IMG/VR virus record: IMGVR_UViG_3300033067_000074
Span: 1-25,506 of that record
Length of the DNA: 25,506 bases
Reading direction: 5' to 3' (one strand)
Source of the DNA: a virus
Lineage: Duplodnaviria > Caudoviricetes
Position numbers and translations under genes: made by a program. The notes under the pieces were generated by a model, which was given only the letters and a program-made list of their open reading frames with translations, was not told where the DNA came from and made no database searches. Positions 6,873-17,146 of this stretch are shown here, in pieces. Every line of letters starts with the position of its first letter. The stretch's first letter is position 1.

Positions 6873-9542
6873 ATGGCTCGCACACAGGGAACTAAGATCG
6901 AGAACAACTTTGCGGTCGGTCTAGTCACCGAAACCACAGAGTTGAAGTATCCACGTAACTCCTGTGTGGATGCGGACAACGTAATCATCGACAAGCTCGG
7001 TGTTGTCTCTCGCCGTAAGCCAATCGACATCGAGAACTCGGTACAGACAGCCGCCAACCTAGGCTACACGCTAAGTGCGGACCAAATCAATTACCCTGTG
7101 CTGCCTTTTCTTTGGACTTCGGTCGGTGGCGACGGCAATAAGTCGTTCCTTGTCATCCAGCAAGGCAACATTCTCAACTTCTACGACGTGTCGGCTAACG
7201 CCACGAACGTACGTGATAACATTAAGGGCTTCACCGTCCTTCTAGATACGTACATCGTCTCTGGTTCATCTCTTCTTTCTAAAAATTACCCTTGTTCGTT
7301 CGCTAACGGGCGAGGCAAGCTCATCGTAGTCAACAAAGCCATCGATCCCATCAAGATTTCGTACGATGCGGTGGCGGATTCGATCACAGTATCCACATTT
7401 GCTGTTAAGTTCCGTGATTTCCAGGGCGTCCCATCCACAATTGCAATCGATAGCCGCCCAACAGCCTCGGTTGCAACCATCACAACGTCAAATCCAGCTC
7501 ACCTGTACAACCTGTACAATGCTGGTTGGGGATTAACGGACGCACTGAGCCAGTGGGACACTGCAAGAGCCGATCTTCCTAGCTTGTGCGATACCACAGG
7601 CACCTTCCGTGCTTCAGAAACAGACGCATTCGACAACACCAAGGTCGGTCCTAAGTCTAACGGCAACTCCCTAGCTCCTCGTGGTCACTTTGTGATCAGC
7701 CTAGGACTAGAAGAGCGATCGGGTTTGAGTGGCGTGGATGTCGGAGGTAGCTCTTCCAGCATTGGATTTGCTGATGCTGTTGTCTCTCAACAGTTCACTC
7801 AGAGCGGGTATTCAGGACTCACTTCGTCCGCAACATCTGTGCCTATTGCCATCTCTAATATGAACGACACGAATCAATCGACGACAACGATGGGTCAGCT
7901 TGCTGTTACAAAGAACCCAAGTGGCGCGGTGGGTTCAGGCGTATTCAACTGGCAGATTTCTAAAACTTTTGCCAGCCCTAAGAAAATCTTTTCGGTGGTT
8001 ACGAAGAGCGGTCCAGCAATTCCATTTTTCAATACTAGCTTTGCGTCTGGCTCAGGCACATTGCCTACTTTCAGTGCTGGGACTATAAAGATCTATGGTG
8101 TCGTCGGAGCTCTGTCGCTAACACTGGGCACACTGCTTGCAACAGTGAACTATACAAACGTGACCAATGAAAGTATCGTTCTAGTTTCGAGCGATAACGT
8201 AACTGCGTATGACCACGTACAAATTGTCTATACAGTTGCTACAAACGCATACACACAGTCGGCAGCTGGTGTTTGCAACATTCAGCTTCGCCCCGCTACC
8301 TTCGATGTATTCGAGGCTTTGAACTCAGCGACAGCCAACACTCGTCCAGAGACGGTGGCGTTTTATGCTGGTCGTGTCTGGTACGCTTCTCCAGGCTACA
8401 ACGAGAAGGGGAGCCAGTTGTTCTTCTCTCAGGTTATCGAACGAGAAGATCAATACGGTTCTTGCTATCAAGTCAACGATCCAACATCAGAGTACTTCTT
8501 TGATCTACTCGCCTCAGATGGAGGCACAGTATCCATCCCTGAACTAGCCAATGTGGTTGGTCTCTTTGCTATGCGAAGCGCCCTTGTGGTGCTAGCTACC
8601 AACGGCATCTGGGTCATTCGTGGTAACAGTGCAGAAGGCTTCTCAGCCACATCCTATCGAGTGGAGAAGGTAACCTCTATGGGTTGCGTGTCTCGATACT
8701 CGATCTGCGACATGAAGGGACTTCCAGTTTGGATGGGTGAGGATGGCATCTACACTCTAGAGTACGATCCTAACTACAACGCCTTCCAGCTTAAGTCCCT
8801 TAGCGATGAACGAGTTCGCTCGTACTTCAAGGACACAGTGAGCGCAGACGCTAAGCGCTACTCTCGTATTGTCTATGACGTGACTGAACAGATTCTACGC
8901 ATCGCGTTTACATCGGCCTCTACTATCACATCGGGTCAGGAGTTCTACTTCGACAAGATGATGAACTACGATGTGAACTCTAAGGCGTGGTACACATTCA
9001 CCTTCGGGACTACGCTGCCTCTTATCGGCATCGTTAACGTAGTGGACGCTAACCACGTATATCCTTCTCGCCTCAAGTTCATCTATCGGTCTAACCACAT
9101 AGACTCTGTAGACAAGTCCTACTTCGGTGAGTTCAAAGACACCACAGTACATCAGGACTTCACAACATACGCCTCTAGCTCGTGGGCCAATAACACTGCC
9201 CTACTGTACGTGCCAACTAGCTACGTAGTCACAGCACCAACGGTTGATGCTGAGGCCATGAAGTTCTTTCAAAGCAACTACATCATGGTGTTCTTGAACA
9301 CAGTAGCTAACGCAGCGTGCAAGCTGCAAGGTCAGTTTGACTGGACCTCTAGCGGTTCTTCCGGCAAGTGGTCTACCTCTCAGGAAGTCTACACTACTAT
9401 CAATCTATCTCGCCTAGGCTATCGTAAGCTCAAGCTTCGTGGCAAGGGCAGAGCACTATCACTCAAGTTCTCGTCTAGTGGCACAGCACCATTTGAGATT
9501 ATCGGCTGGGCTATCTACGAAACTGCAAACGCAGGAGTCTAA
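6873..9542 (+). CDS. Tail tubular protein B / nozzle (T7 gp12-like beta-propeller)
   Basis: 889 aa. NNFAVGLVTE start, RPETVAFYAGRVWY, CYQVNDPTSE..DLLASDGG, LVVLATNGIWVIRG, and C-terminal KLKLRGKGRALSLKFSS...IIGW. Confidence 0.85.
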   Translation: MARTQGTKIENNFAVGLVTETTELKYPRNSCVDADNVIIDKLGVVSRRKPIDIENSVQTAANLGYTLSADQINYPVLPFLWTSVGGDGNKSFLVIQQGNILNFYDVSANATNVRDNIKGFTVLLDTYIVSGSSLLSKNYPCSFANGRGKLIVVNKAIDPIKISYDAVADSITVSTFAVKFRDFQGVPSTIAIDSRPTASVATITTSNPAHLYNLYNAGWGLTDALSQWDTARADLPSLCDTTGTFRASETDAFDNTKVGPKSNGNSLAPRGHFVISLGLEERSGLSGVDVGGSSSSIGFADAVVSQQFTQSGYSGLTSSATSVPIAISNMNDTNQSTTTMGQLAVTKNPSGAVGSGVFNWQISKTFASPKKIFSVVTKSGPAIPFFNTSFASGSGTLPTFSAGTIKIYGVVGALSLTLGTLLATVNYTNVTNESIVLVSSDNVTAYDHVQIVYTVATNAYTQSAAGVCNIQLRPATFDVFEALNSATANTRPETVAFYAGRVWYASPGYNEKGSQLFFSQVIEREDQYGSCYQVNDPTSEYFFDLLASDGGTVSIPELANVVGLFAMRSALVVLATNGIWVIRGNSAEGFSATSYRVEKVTSMGCVSRYSICDMKGLPVWMGEDGIYTLEYDPNYNAFQLKSLSDERVRSYFKDTVSADAKRYSRIVYDVTEQILRIAFTSASTITSGQEFYFDKMMNYDVNSKAWYTFTFGTTLPLIGIVNVVDANHVYPSRLKFIYRSNHIDSVDKSYFGEFKDTTVHQDFTTYASSSWANNTALLYVPTSYVVTAPTVDAEAMKFFQSNYIMVFLNTVANAACKLQGQFDWTSSGSSGKWSTSQEVYTTINLSRLGYRKLKLRGKGRALSLKFSSSGTAPFEIIGWAIYETANAGV

Positions 9543-9547
9543 GAAGT

Positions 9548-10087
9548 ATGGACCCTTTTACCATGTTGATTGCTGGGGTCGGTATCGCAACCAGTCTCTT
9601 TGGAGCCGACAGGCAGCGAGATCAGCAACGAGAGTTCGCTGAAGCTATGGGTCGCCTCAACAGTGAGAAGTCTCAAATACAGCAGCGACAGAATGAAGCC
9701 TTGGCTGCCCGAGCCACACGAGACGCCATTCGTAGGGCGCAGGTAGCCCGAGGCATAGCAGTTAACTACGGCGGGAACTCAGGTCTGATTGGCTCTTCAG
9801 GCATGGAAGGTGCACTAGGTCAGATCAGCGGACAGCAGAACGCCCAGACAAGTGCCATCTCCAACGACCTGCTCAGCTCGAACCAGCTGATCGATGTCAA
9901 TAGCCGCATGAGTGCTCTGAGTTCTCAGAATGCTATAGACACAGCAGACAACCAGTTCCTTAGCATGATCGGCCAAACGATCACCGGCAACGCTGGGGCT
10001 CTAAGCCGCCTAGGTCAAACAGGCGGACGCTTCCTACAAGACAGCTTCGCTCCTAGCGGCTGGCAGACTTCAATTCAGTACGGCTAA
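9548..10087 (+). CDS. Internal virion (ejection) protein, gp14-like
   Basis: Hydrophobic Gly-rich N-terminus (MDPFTMLIAGVGIATSLFG), then Gln/Ala/Arg helical region; follows the nozzle gene. Confidence 0.65.
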   Translation: MDPFTMLIAGVGIATSLFGADRQRDQQREFAEAMGRLNSEKSQIQQRQNEALAARATRDAIRRAQVARGIAVNYGGNSGLIGSSGMEGALGQISGQQNAQTSAISNDLLSSNQLIDVNSRMSALSSQNAIDTADNQFLSMIGQTITGNAGALSRLGQTGGRFLQDSFAPSGWQTSIQYG

Positions 10088-10104
10088 GTATAAGGATACC
10101 ACCA

Positions 10105-13100
10105 GTGGAAGAAGCACCAGTTCAGATGTTCCCTTCTGAGGCTCCTGCCTCTGAGAACGCCAAGATGTTCCCAGATGAAGGCACAACGGCTGGCTCGTTT
10201 CCCACCCATCTAGCAAACGAACGAGCCGATAAGCTTCACATTGCCCTTGGGGATAAGTCTCCTGGGTATGGGCAGCTTGTCGGCTCTTTGTCTACTACGG
10301 TAGGTGAGGAGATCGAGCGCAATCGTCTAAGCTCAGAGAAGGACGCAGAAGACCTAAAGCTTGTTCGTGATAAGCTAGGAGAAATGCTTCGTACTAAGAC
10401 GAAGATCACTCCAGCAGACATGGAGCAGGCTCGTGCCCTTATGACTAAGACTACTGATCCTGATACTGTCATCGAACGGGTGATTGCCAACGGGCACGTG
10501 AACCCAGCCAAGACAGTCCAGGAGCTTATGTCTAACATGGGTGCTACCTTCAACGGTGAAGGTCAGAAGGCCGTTACTGATATGTTCTACAAGGTCAATG
10601 ACTTTGTGGCAAAGAAGGAGTATGCCGAACGCCTAGCTCAGGAGCTAGAAGCCAGGATCGAGGACAGCACATTTGCCCAGAAGGCTGGTAACTTCCTAGG
10701 TCAGGCGGTTCCTTTCCTTAGCTGGTACCGTACTCAGGACTCCTCTAAGGAAGGATTCCTAAAGGGCTCTAACATCAAGACTCAGGTCCAGGACTACATG
10801 TTCAAGGACCTAGAGGTAGGCTCCAAGGAGCTTAAGGCTAAGGTTGATGAGATCGCAGCCAAGAACCCTGCCATGGCCTTGGACTTCATCCGCAATTTCA
10901 CTGATCCAAGCAACTTCTCTAAGGACCTAGACAACGTGATGGCAGGGCTAGACATAGCCACTGCTCCTGGTCTAGGCTTGCTTAAGAAGGCAGCTAAGAA
11001 CCTACTTAGTATCTCACCCACAAACCTAGCTGGTCGTGCTCAGGCTGTCGGTGCCCACACACAGGCCACGAACATCCGAGCTATCGATGAGCTTCGTGTA
11101 CGTGCCCAAGGGCAGACCTCTGTTCAGGACTTCGCTGATCTTGAGCGAGTGATTCCTAATGTTGCTAACCCTGGTGCTTACCTCGGCAATGGTTCTAGCG
11201 TCATTTCTCCTAATGGTGTGGCTAGAGCGGTAACAGAACTAGAGCAAAGCTCGGACACCATCCTTAAGAACGTCGTAACGGAGACTAACTACGTAGACCG
11301 TATCAATCCTGAGGTGCGTAACCTTATGCTCCAGGACAACGTACGTGTGTTTACTGCACGCTACGACAATGCCAACGGGGCTATTATGAACACCCGCTGG
11401 ATTCGTGGTGCTGAGGAGGGAGCCTCCAACCTAGACTCTCTAGCTATCGAACTAGGCACACCCAAGGCTCAACCATTCGCTACAGCAGAGCTAGCCAAGG
11501 ACACAGCTGATAACTTCTATGGATTGTCTGCTAAGGACTACACTATCAAGGAAGTAGAAGAAGGTGCAGGCTTCAAGATTGAGGTTCTTCGTCACGTAGA
11601 CGAGAACACAGTCAATACCTACACAGCCATGCAGCTACAGAACACAGCCAACCGTGCCAACTACATTGGTATGCTAGGCTCAGCCGATAACTTCTTTGCA
11701 GCCTCTACCAACGCTGCTCGTAAGCAAACAGGCTATGGTATCTCAGGCACAGAAGAAGCTCTTCGTGCTAGCTACAAGCAGATCACCTCTCTTCGTGACC
11801 CCGAGTTCAATCAGTTCATTGCTCACGGTCGAGACAATCGAGTAGCCTACAACACCGCTCAGGACATGGAGCGTGCTTGGTTCAACATGCACAATCGCTT
11901 GCCAACAGAGCAGCAAGTGCTTGACTATGCCAAGGTCCTACAGGTCCACGAGCTAGACTACACGGTGCGCAACCTTGGACACTTGGCTAAGAAGGCCAGC
12001 CAGGGATTCGAGAACCACGTCCTGCCTCTAGACTTGCCAACGGGTAAGGAGCCTCCTCGTGGCTTCTTCTTCGATACCAAGTCTAAGCGTCTACAGATTG
12101 GCTCGGCTCCTAAGGCAAGCAACGACAACCTAGACCCAGCTAAGAGCATCTTCGAGAAGGCCAACCTCAAGGCAGCCAACGACGACACAGCGTTCTCTGG
12201 AGCCTTCAAGCAGGGCACCCAGAAGGATGTACGTCTCCCCGGTCCAGCCGCTAACGATGGCCGTGTAGAATCCTACACAAACATCTGGAGCGCTAACGAC
12301 AATCAGTTCCAGCGTTCCTCTATTTCTCTAGAGGGTAAGTTCCTAGCAGATGGCATCCCTTGGGATATCGCTGATGAGTTCACTATTGCTGTCTGGAACT
12401 CTTCGCCTAACCAGACAAGGTACATCTACAAGAACAAGTTCACTAACGCTCGGCGCATTGCTGAGATGAATGATCTAGTACAGAACCAAGGCTATAAGGT
12501 CATTCAGATGAGCCCTTATGCTCGGGATGCTATGCGTCGTCTAAACCTAGACATGCCAGAGTTCCTACTAGTCAAGGACTTCAAGAGCGAACGCCTAAGC
12601 ATCAATCAGATTCCTAAGGTTGAGGGCACAGGCCACGTTGTGTATCCTGAGAACTCGATCTTCATTGGTCAGGCTGATGTGCACGTATCCACTCGTGGTG
12701 GTACTCGCAACAGTTCGTTCGTAGGTAACAACAATCTGCACGTATTCACTGATCCAAATCAGGCTCAGGCTATCTTGCCACGTCTAGAGACTGCTCGTCA
12801 GTACCTAGTGCGTAACGATATCCCCGGTCTAACACAGTACCTAGTTAACAATCTGCCTTACTCGGTAGATGAGTTCTCTAAACTTTTCAAGCAAATCCAC
12901 GGCAATGGTCGCTTCGATTTGGAGCAGCCATTCCAGATTCGTCGTATGGGTGAGAACAGCTTCGACAGCATCAAGGACCTACGCAACGCTAGAGGTGAGG
13001 TCTTATATCCAAATATACGCAACTACGCAGATAGTCCTCTTAACCCCTACAATGCAGACACATTCACAGCCTTCGGTCAGCAGCGTAATGAAATCCTAAC

Positions 13101-15087
13101 AACGATTGACGGAGCCAATGCTGCGTTCTCTATGCGTCCAGCAGAGCTACTCAATCCCAAGGATGCTTTGATCCGTACGGCTGAGGACCTAATCGCCACA
13201 CGCTACCTTGATGATCTCAAGGTTAAGAGTGTGCGAGATTTCGTAACTAACTATCAACGCATCTTGAATGTCTCCCTAGAGGAAGCTCTTCGGAATCCAA
13301 CTAAGGTCTTGATGAATCCTCCCTTCAAGCCAGGGGCCGATCCAGCTCTAGTAGCTCAGGCTAAGAACTACCGTCGTGCTACGATGGAGTTTGTTGGCAT
13401 GGACTCTCAGGCTGTCAAGGACATGAAGACTCTGATGGCTAGGGCGTACGATAGCATCTTCCCAGAAGAGTCGCTACTGCGTCGTGGCATCGATGGGTTC
13501 GATGAACTAACGGGCAGCATGATCAAGGACCCAGCTACCTGGGCTCGTAGGTGGGCGTTCCGCTTGTCTCAGATCAACCCTGATGCTCTCCTAACCCAGG
13601 CTACTCAGGTCATCAACGCCGTGGCTATCGCTGGCCCAACGGCCGGTGCTCGTGGTGCTGGTGCTATGATCGGCCTTAAGATGCTACGGAACAATGAGTC
13701 CGAGCAGCTTCTTAATATGATCGCCAATCGCTACGCCAAGGCCACAGGCACCTCGCCTGAGGACTACAAGGCTATGTACCAAGCGTACAAGCGCTCGGGC
13801 TTCGGTGCTGTAGGTGAAGAACACACCATGGCAGAGGGCCTAGGCCAGCCTCGTGTATTCGTAGAGGGTTCTCAGAAGGCAGTGGACGTAGGTCTTACCT
13901 TCTTCCGAGAGGGTGAACGGGTGACCCGTGAGGTTGCTTGGGCATCGGCCTTCTATCAGTGGCGAGCAGCTAACCCAACAGCCAGACTAACTAAGCAGAT
14001 CGAGAACGAGATTCTCAACAAGGCTGATATCATGGCTGGCTCCATGTCCAAGGCATCCAATGCTACTTGGTCTAACGGCATAGCCTCTATTCCTACCCAG
14101 TTCTTGAAGTATCAGTTCCAGTTGTTCGAGCAGATCGCTATCGGCAAGGAGCTAACAGGAGCAGAACGTGCTCGCCTGTTCGCCTCTCAGGCTGTAGTCT
14201 GGGGCATCCCAGTGGGTGCGGTAGGCTCGGTTGCTGGTATCTATCCCTGGTCAGACAAGATCGCTGAGGCCCTACGTTCTCGTGGTATCGACACAGACAA
14301 CAACAAGGTCACCAAGGTATTCAATGACGGCGTAGCTTCTGTGCTGTTTGAAATGGCCACAGGAGATAAGTACGACGTAGCTGGACGCTTCGGTCCTAAG
14401 GGTATCTCAGTCATCAAGGACTATCAGAGTGGTCGTAAGGACCTCGTTGAAATCCTTGGCGGTCCTTCCGGTAAGCTCATTCATGACTCTCTCAAGACTG
14501 TAGGTCGTGCAGCAGACACTACCTGGAACATGATCTTTAATACTACCGACGAGTCAGCCGCTAGCTGGAAACCTCTGGCCGATGATATCGTTAAGGTAAT
14601 GGAGAACGCTGCTTTGGGTCGCAAGGCTAACGAACTATACGCAGCCCTAGCCCTGCAGAAGTGGATTTACAAGAACCGTCCTAACGGTATTGATGGAGTA
14701 ACCAATACGGAAGCCTACATCCGTGCTGTTAGTGGTCTAACTCCTGACCGTATCTCAGAAGCAATGGCTCAGCAAGATGCGCTTATGCTTCGAGACCAAA
14801 ATCAGAAGAGCTACGAGAAAGAAATTATGTATCTTTACAGGCAGGTTTATGCTAATATGGATAACCCTGCTGCCCAGGAAGCATACCGAGACAGGATCAA
14901 CCTACTCTATGCTAAGGGTGAGTTCACTACAGACGAGCGCTACAGAATGATCAAGCGCTTCGGCTCAGAGGGCAGAGATACAATCGAAAGCATCAACCGT
15001 CGCTACATCCAGGCTAACCCAAATGCTAAGCCTCTGGTTGATAAGAACCGCGATACTCGTCAGGATACACTAGAAGGAAATCGTTAA
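10105..15087 (+). CDS. Large internal virion (ejection) protein, 1660 aa
   Basis: GTG start after AAGGA; long uninterrupted ORF in the ejectosome position; helical Ala-rich C-terminal half. No catalytic motif recognised. Confidence 0.7.
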   Translation: MEEAPVQMFPSEAPASENAKMFPDEGTTAGSFPTHLANERADKLHIALGDKSPGYGQLVGSLSTTVGEEIERNRLSSEKDAEDLKLVRDKLGEMLRTKTKITPADMEQARALMTKTTDPDTVIERVIANGHVNPAKTVQELMSNMGATFNGEGQKAVTDMFYKVNDFVAKKEYAERLAQELEARIEDSTFAQKAGNFLGQAVPFLSWYRTQDSSKEGFLKGSNIKTQVQDYMFKDLEVGSKELKAKVDEIAAKNPAMALDFIRNFTDPSNFSKDLDNVMAGLDIATAPGLGLLKKAAKNLLSISPTNLAGRAQAVGAHTQATNIRAIDELRVRAQGQTSVQDFADLERVIPNVANPGAYLGNGSSVISPNGVARAVTELEQSSDTILKNVVTETNYVDRINPEVRNLMLQDNVRVFTARYDNANGAIMNTRWIRGAEEGASNLDSLAIELGTPKAQPFATAELAKDTADNFYGLSAKDYTIKEVEEGAGFKIEVLRHVDENTVNTYTAMQLQNTANRANYIGMLGSADNFFAASTNAARKQTGYGISGTEEALRASYKQITSLRDPEFNQFIAHGRDNRVAYNTAQDMERAWFNMHNRLPTEQQVLDYAKVLQVHELDYTVRNLGHLAKKASQGFENHVLPLDLPTGKEPPRGFFFDTKSKRLQIGSAPKASNDNLDPAKSIFEKANLKAANDDTAFSGAFKQGTQKDVRLPGPAANDGRVESYTNIWSANDNQFQRSSISLEGKFLADGIPWDIADEFTIAVWNSSPNQTRYIYKNKFTNARRIAEMNDLVQNQGYKVIQMSPYARDAMRRLNLDMPEFLLVKDFKSERLSINQIPKVEGTGHVVYPENSIFIGQADVHVSTRGGTRNSSFVGNNNLHVFTDPNQAQAILPRLETARQYLVRNDIPGLTQYLVNNLPYSVDEFSKLFKQIHGNGRFDLEQPFQIRRMGENSFDSIKDLRNARGEVLYPNIRNYADSPLNPYNADTFTAFGQQRNEILTTIDGANAAFSMRPAELLNPKDALIRTAEDLIATRYLDDLKVKSVRDFVTNYQRILNVSLEEALRNPTKVLMNPPFKPGADPALVAQAKNYRRATMEFVGMDSQAVKDMKTLMARAYDSIFPEESLLRRGIDGFDELTGSMIKDPATWARRWAFRLSQINPDALLTQATQVINAVAIAGPTAGARGAGAMIGLKMLRNNESEQLLNMIANRYAKATGTSPEDYKAMYQAYKRSGFGAVGEEHTMAEGLGQPRVFVEGSQKAVDVGLTFFREGERVTREVAWASAFYQWRAANPTARLTKQIENEILNKADIMAGSMSKASNATWSNGIASIPTQFLKYQFQLFEQIAIGKELTGAERARLFASQAVVWGIPVGAVGSVAGIYPWSDKIAEALRSRGIDTDNNKVTKVFNDGVASVLFEMATGDKYDVAGRFGPKGISVIKDYQSGRKDLVEILGGPSGKLIHDSLKTVGRAADTTWNMIFNTTDESAASWKPLADDIVKVMENAALGRKANELYAALALQKWIYKNRPNGIDGVTNTEAYIRAVSGLTPDRISEAMAQQDALMLRDQNQKSYEKEIMYLYRQVYANMDNPAAQEAYRDRINLLYAKGEFTTDERYRMIKRFGSEGRDTIESINRRYIQANPNAKPLVDKNRDTRQDTLEGNR

Positions 15088-17084
15088 TGGCTCAAGGTTT
15101 TACATCAGGTGAGGCATCTAGGGAGTCGGGCTCAGTGCCCGATTTCTCTGGCTCTCGCAATGCTGGTCTCTCCAACACAGGTGAGATCATTGCCCAGAGT
15201 AACAAGGAGTTCAACACTACCGTTGTTAGGGCTCTGGACAGTGCCATCAAGATCGGTGACGAAGCAGTCATGCAGGCTGCTAAGGACGACGCTCGTGCTC
15301 AGGTAGAGGGCGTACAGGAGGACACCCGTAAGGCGTTCTTCAACCAGCAGATCATGAAGGAAGCTGTGGCTGCTATGCCTGAGCGTACGTCTCAGGAGAT
15401 CGCCGACAAGCAGCGGGAAATGCAACGTCTAACGGACTCTTACGAGGCAGGAGCCATCACTCCTACTCACTACTGGTCTCGCCTAGACTCGGTTACCCGC
15501 AACCTACGTGCTCGCTTCCCAGGCTACCGGGATGAGATCGACAAGGTTGTATCTAGCATTACAGGTGGTAAGCCAGCCAACGAGGTAATCTCTCAGATAC
15601 TACACGAGGCAGCCAAGAAGGCTCCCGATCCTAACAAGGAATACAACCACTGGTTCGAGAAGTCAGCCGGTGTTCCTGAGGTAGCCGCTGCCATTGCTCG
15701 TGGTGAGCGTCCAGACCTAGGGTTCATGCAGCGCGCCTATGCGATTGACACAGCTAACAAAGCTATGCGTGAACGGGCTCAAGCGGAGCTTACCTACGCT
15801 TCTGGTCAGAATGCCCTTAAGAGGAGCATCACTGAGCAAGACAAGGCTGATCAGTTCGAAAAGGCTAACACCGTTATCGGCAATGAGACAAGCTCGATCA
15901 TTGATCGTATCGCTGCTCCTCTGAATCTAGATCGTCCAGAGATCAAGCAGGCTATGGACGCAGTTAAGGCAGGCAAGGCTAGCCCAGAACAGCTAGCTTC
16001 GGTTAACAATGCTGCTGCCATGATGCGTGCTCAGGGTCGTGAGGCTCTACGTCGCTACGTATCTGGTGCTAACTTCGGTGGCAAGACATTCTATGAAGTC
16101 TACGGGGATGTGAACAAGGCCAACGGGGCCATCGATGCTATGGAGAAGCGTATCGACGCCATTGCTGATGGTTTCCAGAAGGGCGATCACGCCATCCTCA
16201 GCACCATCGCTCAGACTAACAAGCTACGTCAGGATAGCAACGAAGGTCGCCTACTAGACGATCAGGTTCTAGGTAACCTAGCTTCGCTTCGTAAGATGGT
16301 TCCTGAGGTTGCTCTCACTGAGATCATCAACACCAACAAACAGTTCCGAGTACCTGTTGAGAAGTCTATCTACGCAGCTTTGAATACCAGCATTCCTCTC
16401 GGAACCAACAAGCGTCCAGAGGAGAAGACCTTCGGAGGCTTCGTATCTGACTCCAATTCCAAGGGTCGTACTCAGGAGCTAGTTATCAATCAGGCTCAGA
16501 AGTCTATTGAAATACTAGGTTCGTCTAATCAGCTACCAGAAACTCGTAAGGCTTACGCTGACTTCCTCTTTGGAGACAACAAGCCAGGCTCTTCTCTCAT
16601 GGATCGTCTTGAGCCAGGGACTCAACGAGACAAGGCGTTCTCTATGGTTCTCCAGAAGAACTCTCTTGATGCTCTCAAGAAGCTAGAGTCTGAGAAGCCA
16701 GGGACTATGGAGACATTCCGTAAGTGGATGGAACAGAACGGTACTGTCCATATAATGCACAGGATGGGAGACCTTAACGCGGTCAACGCCAAGAACGATG
16801 CATACCAGATTGTCTTCTCGGAAAACAGTGGTCGGTTCGAGGCACGTCCTAACGCAGCCTACAAGGGCGGTCCAGCGGACGTTACATTCAAGGCCCAGGC
16901 TAAGGCCCAGGCAGATAAGCTAGTATCAGAAGCTAACGGCTCACTTGCTGTGATGCGTCCTGGTCTAGAAATGATCGCGCCACCTAAGCAGGATGTGAAT
17001 AGGTATATCGCTAACTTCATCTTTGATCGTGGTGGATTCCAAGCTATCGAACGTAAGAACGCTCAAGCTGAACCACAACAGTAA
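15087..17084 (+). CDS. Internal virion protein, 665 aa (gp15-like, putative)
   Basis: TAATG coupling; Ala/Gln-rich helical composition; last gene of the late operon. Confidence 0.62.
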   Translation: MAQGFTSGEASRESGSVPDFSGSRNAGLSNTGEIIAQSNKEFNTTVVRALDSAIKIGDEAVMQAAKDDARAQVEGVQEDTRKAFFNQQIMKEAVAAMPERTSQEIADKQREMQRLTDSYEAGAITPTHYWSRLDSVTRNLRARFPGYRDEIDKVVSSITGGKPANEVISQILHEAAKKAPDPNKEYNHWFEKSAGVPEVAAAIARGERPDLGFMQRAYAIDTANKAMRERAQAELTYASGQNALKRSITEQDKADQFEKANTVIGNETSSIIDRIAAPLNLDRPEIKQAMDAVKAGKASPEQLASVNNAAAMMRAQGREALRRYVSGANFGGKTFYEVYGDVNKANGAIDAMEKRIDAIADGFQKGDHAILSTIAQTNKLRQDSNEGRLLDDQVLGNLASLRKMVPEVALTEIINTNKQFRVPVEKSIYAALNTSIPLGTNKRPEEKTFGGFVSDSNSKGRTQELVINQAQKSIEILGSSNQLPETRKAYADFLFGDNKPGSSLMDRLEPGTQRDKAFSMVLQKNSLDALKKLESEKPGTMETFRKWMEQNGTVHIMHRMGDLNAVNAKNDAYQIVFSENSGRFEARPNAAYKGGPADVTFKAQAKAQADKLVSEANGSLAVMRPGLEMIAPPKQDVNRYIANFIFDRGGFQAIERKNAQAEPQQ

Positions 17085-17094
17085 CCTACTCTAG

Positions 17095-17144
17095 AAACAA
17101 AGAACCCCGGCCTCACTCAACGGTGAAGTCGGGGTTTTCTTTTG
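17095..17144. terminator. Bidirectional intrinsic terminator between the convergent operons
   Basis: Stem AACCCCGGC-C-TCAC / GTGA-A-GTCGGGGTT (17103-17136), flanked by A-rich AAACAAAG on the left and TTTTCTTTTG on the right. Confidence 0.88.
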
Positions 17145-17146
17145 TC

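Noticed and set aside
10105-15087. Virion RNA polymerase or lytic transglycosylase domain in the 1660-aa protein
   Set aside because: No convincing RNAP or transglycosylase catalytic motifs recognised by eye; a profile search would be needed to exclude a divergent domain.
16889-16912. Short tandem duplication AAGGCCCAGGC(T) encoding KAQAKAQA
   Set aside because: Two-copy in-frame microduplication in a helical region; no evidence of function.
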